This document shows positions 62,001 to 64,000 of a stretch of DNA of 64,000 nucleotides, piece after piece. A program made the position numbers and the translations under genes. Below the pieces are notes generated by a model. That model was not told the DNA's origin, did no database searches, and saw only the letters and a list, made by a program, of their open reading frames with translations. Each line of letters starts with the position of its first letter. Within the stretch, counting starts at the first letter, position 1. Origin of the DNA: Vicugna vicugna (Eukaryota); NCBI GenBank assembly GCA_013265495.1, contig MU058103.1, positions 938,870 through 1,002,869 of the forward strand, read 5' to 3'.

Positions 62001-62750
62001 TTAGAGAGGACCCTGTACCATTTCTTCTACGTTGAGTATTGATGAGCTCTTAACTTTTTTACATGTCTGAGAAGTTCTTCTCTCTCCTATTCTAAGTGAT
62101 ACTCTTGCCAGGTGGAGCATCCTACATGCAGGCTTCTTCTTTTCAGCACTGATTATATCACGCCACTCACATCTAGCCTGCAAAATTCCTGCAGAAAAAT
62201 CAGCCGAAAGCCTTATGGCAGTTTCCTTGTATATAACTTTTTTTTTTTTAAACATTGCTGCTTTTGGAATTATCTGTAAGTTTTGCTGCTTTAATTATGA
62301 CATATCTTGGTGTAGAACTCTTTGGGTTCATCTTGTTTGGGTTCATCTCTGTGTTTCCTCTACCTGGATATCTGTTTCCTTCATCAGGTTAGAGAAGTTT
62401 TCAACCATATGTTCATCAAATACTTTTTTGACCCCATTCTTGCTCTCTTCTCCTCCTGAGACCTCCAAAATGTCAACGTTGCTTCGTATTATGCCGGAGA
62501 TCTATTCAACTGTTCACTTTTTAAAAATTTTTTTTTTCTTTTTTCTGTTCTGATTAATTTCCATTATTCTGTCTTCCAGATCACTTCTGTGTTTTTCTCT
62601 ATCACCTGCTTTGCTGTTAATTCCTTCTAGTTTATTTTTATTTCAGTGGTTGTATTCTTCTGTTCTCACTTAAAAAAAAACTATTTTCTAGCTCCTTGTT
62701 AACATTCTCACTGTGTTCATTTATTCCTATTTCAGTTAGCATTCTTATTA
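62001..62750 (-). pseudogene. L1 ORF1 remnant
   Basis: KKVIYKETAIRLSADFSAGILQARCEWRDI matches the L1 ORF1p C-terminal region. Confidence 0.85.
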
Positions 62751-64000
62751 CTACTGCTTTGAATTCTTCATCTGGTAAATTCTTTATTTCATTATTTGTG
62801 TTTTCAAGGTTTTTCTCTTTGCTATTTCGATTGAGGCTAATTCCTTTGTCTTCTCACTTTGCTTGATTTCCTTTATGTTTATGAAATTAGGTGAAACAGT
62901 TGACTATTGCACCCTTGAAAAGTGCCCTTATATGAGAGTGCCCATCTACCATCCGTATGTGTCCAGTGGTTTTGGTGGGAGAGTTGGATTTGATGTGTAC
63001 TGAAGTCACATTTTCCCTTGGAGTGTGCTGGCAGTTAGGTGTTAGGTGTTAGGGCTGGAGATGGAGAGTTAGGACTAGAGCCAGGTGTGAGCCAGGGCTT
63101 CCCATCTGCTCAATGGCCATCACTTCCCTGTTGGGGCAGGGTCATGCCCCAAGTTGCTGGAGAAGAAATGCTGAAGTTTGAGTTTGAGCCGGCTCTGTTC
63201 CTTTTGAGTGTGAGTGAACCTTCCTACAAGCCCTGGCGCACTTGTCTCAGTGGAGAGCAGTGTTGGAGCAATGTGGGCTGTGAGGGTTCTCAGCACGTGA
63301 CAGGGTGAGGGTTGCCGTGGCCCAGCCACAGAGCTCAGGGTTGCTTCTGACTTGTGGCTTGTGCACAGGCCCCTACCCCATTCAGATGCCGCTTTAGGTC
63401 TGCGTCTCCCCTCTCCCTTACCGCCAGTCTCTCCTCTTAGCCTCTGCCATTTCCCGCCTGATTTGGAGCTGCACCACAGAGCGGGTAGGGCTGTGTGTGC
63501 TCTCTGCATGTGTCAGGGAGTGGGCTCTGGTGGTTTGGCTGCAGACAGGTCAGGGGTACTTCTAATGTGCTGCCTGTTTAAGTGCCAGAAATGGCTGTCC
63601 CTGCCTTGCTCCAAATCCATTTCAGATCTCAGCCACTTCTGTATCTCAGAGCCAAGTCTTTCCTCAGTCACGGTAGCCCTCGCTCCAGTGTGGAGAAGCG
63701 ACGTGAAGTCAGCAGGGCTGAAGCGCTGGCTGGGCTCAGGCTAGGCATATGCCTGGGCCGTCACAGGAAACCATTCACCTGCTCAGTTTCACTGCCCTCT
63801 CTTCCCTACTTTGTGAGCCATCAAACATGTGCGCACTCCTACTGAGCAGAGTCCAAGCTTCCCACAGTCCATCTGTTCGTCCCACTGACCGCCCCCCAGC
63901 CAATGGGCTCATCTTCTCTGTGTTGGATGCCAGAACTGAGGTGCCCTATATGTGGCTCAAACTGCTCACTCCCCAGGAAGTGTCTCCCCCCACGGGCATA

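Larger units (their letters stand above)
58936..64000 (-). mobile_element. LINE-1, ~5 kb, rearranged and decayed: 5'UTR (runs to window end), partial ORF1, inter-ORF, ORF2 lacking the N-terminal part, 3'UTR
   Basis: ORF-track peptides match L1 ORF2 ([82 protein letters not shown]) and ORF1 (IRLSADFSAGILQARCEW); many stops and frameshifts. Confidence 0.95.

Noticed and set aside
59087..62255. ORFs with reverse-transcriptase and ORF1 motifs as a functional gene or novel RT system
   Set aside because: Ordinary L1 fragments with many stops and frameshifts and a mutated catalytic motif (FADH).
63039..63845. ORFs of 87-130 aa at the window end
   Set aside because: They fall in the GC-rich L1 5'UTR region; no recognisable domain.
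1..64000. CRISPR array, prokaryotic operon or defence system; naming a host gene
   Set aside because: No regularly spaced repeats and the sequence is clearly mammalian. No coding exon was recognised, so assigning a gene symbol would be unsupported.

Overview
This 64-kb window is mammalian non-coding DNA (intergenic or a very long intron) dominated by interspersed repeats. I recognise no protein-coding gene, and nearly all ORF-track entries are chance or repeat-derived. Three tRNA-derived SINEs match the camelid Vic-1 type, and I saw no Alu, B1/B2, Bov-A/CHR or PRE-1 elements, so the source is probably a camelid (inference). The main structured element is a two-LTR, pol-less ERV1-class provirus at 23071-28746 (+). 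It has GAAG target-site duplications, a tRNA-Arg-type PBS, a duplicated leader, a gag-MA stub, an AT-rich filler, a decayed env-TM and a PPT. Also present: a solo LTR of the same family (9918-10399), two other solo LTRs with TSDs, a rearranged ~5-kb L1 on the minus strand (58936 to window end), several L1 3' stubs, and many ancient MIR, L2, MLT, LTR16 and DNA-transposon fragments. Unique-sequence islands carry enhancer-like motif clusters (PBX-HOX plus MEIS; E-box plus GATA). Four + strand segments have good splice signals and may be exons of an unannotated or non-coding transcript. I find no convincing evidence of a new biological system. The best leads are the non-autonomous ERV, the candidate exons and the motif clusters. 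Repeat family names come from recalled consensus similarity, not database searches, and boundaries of old repeats are approximate.
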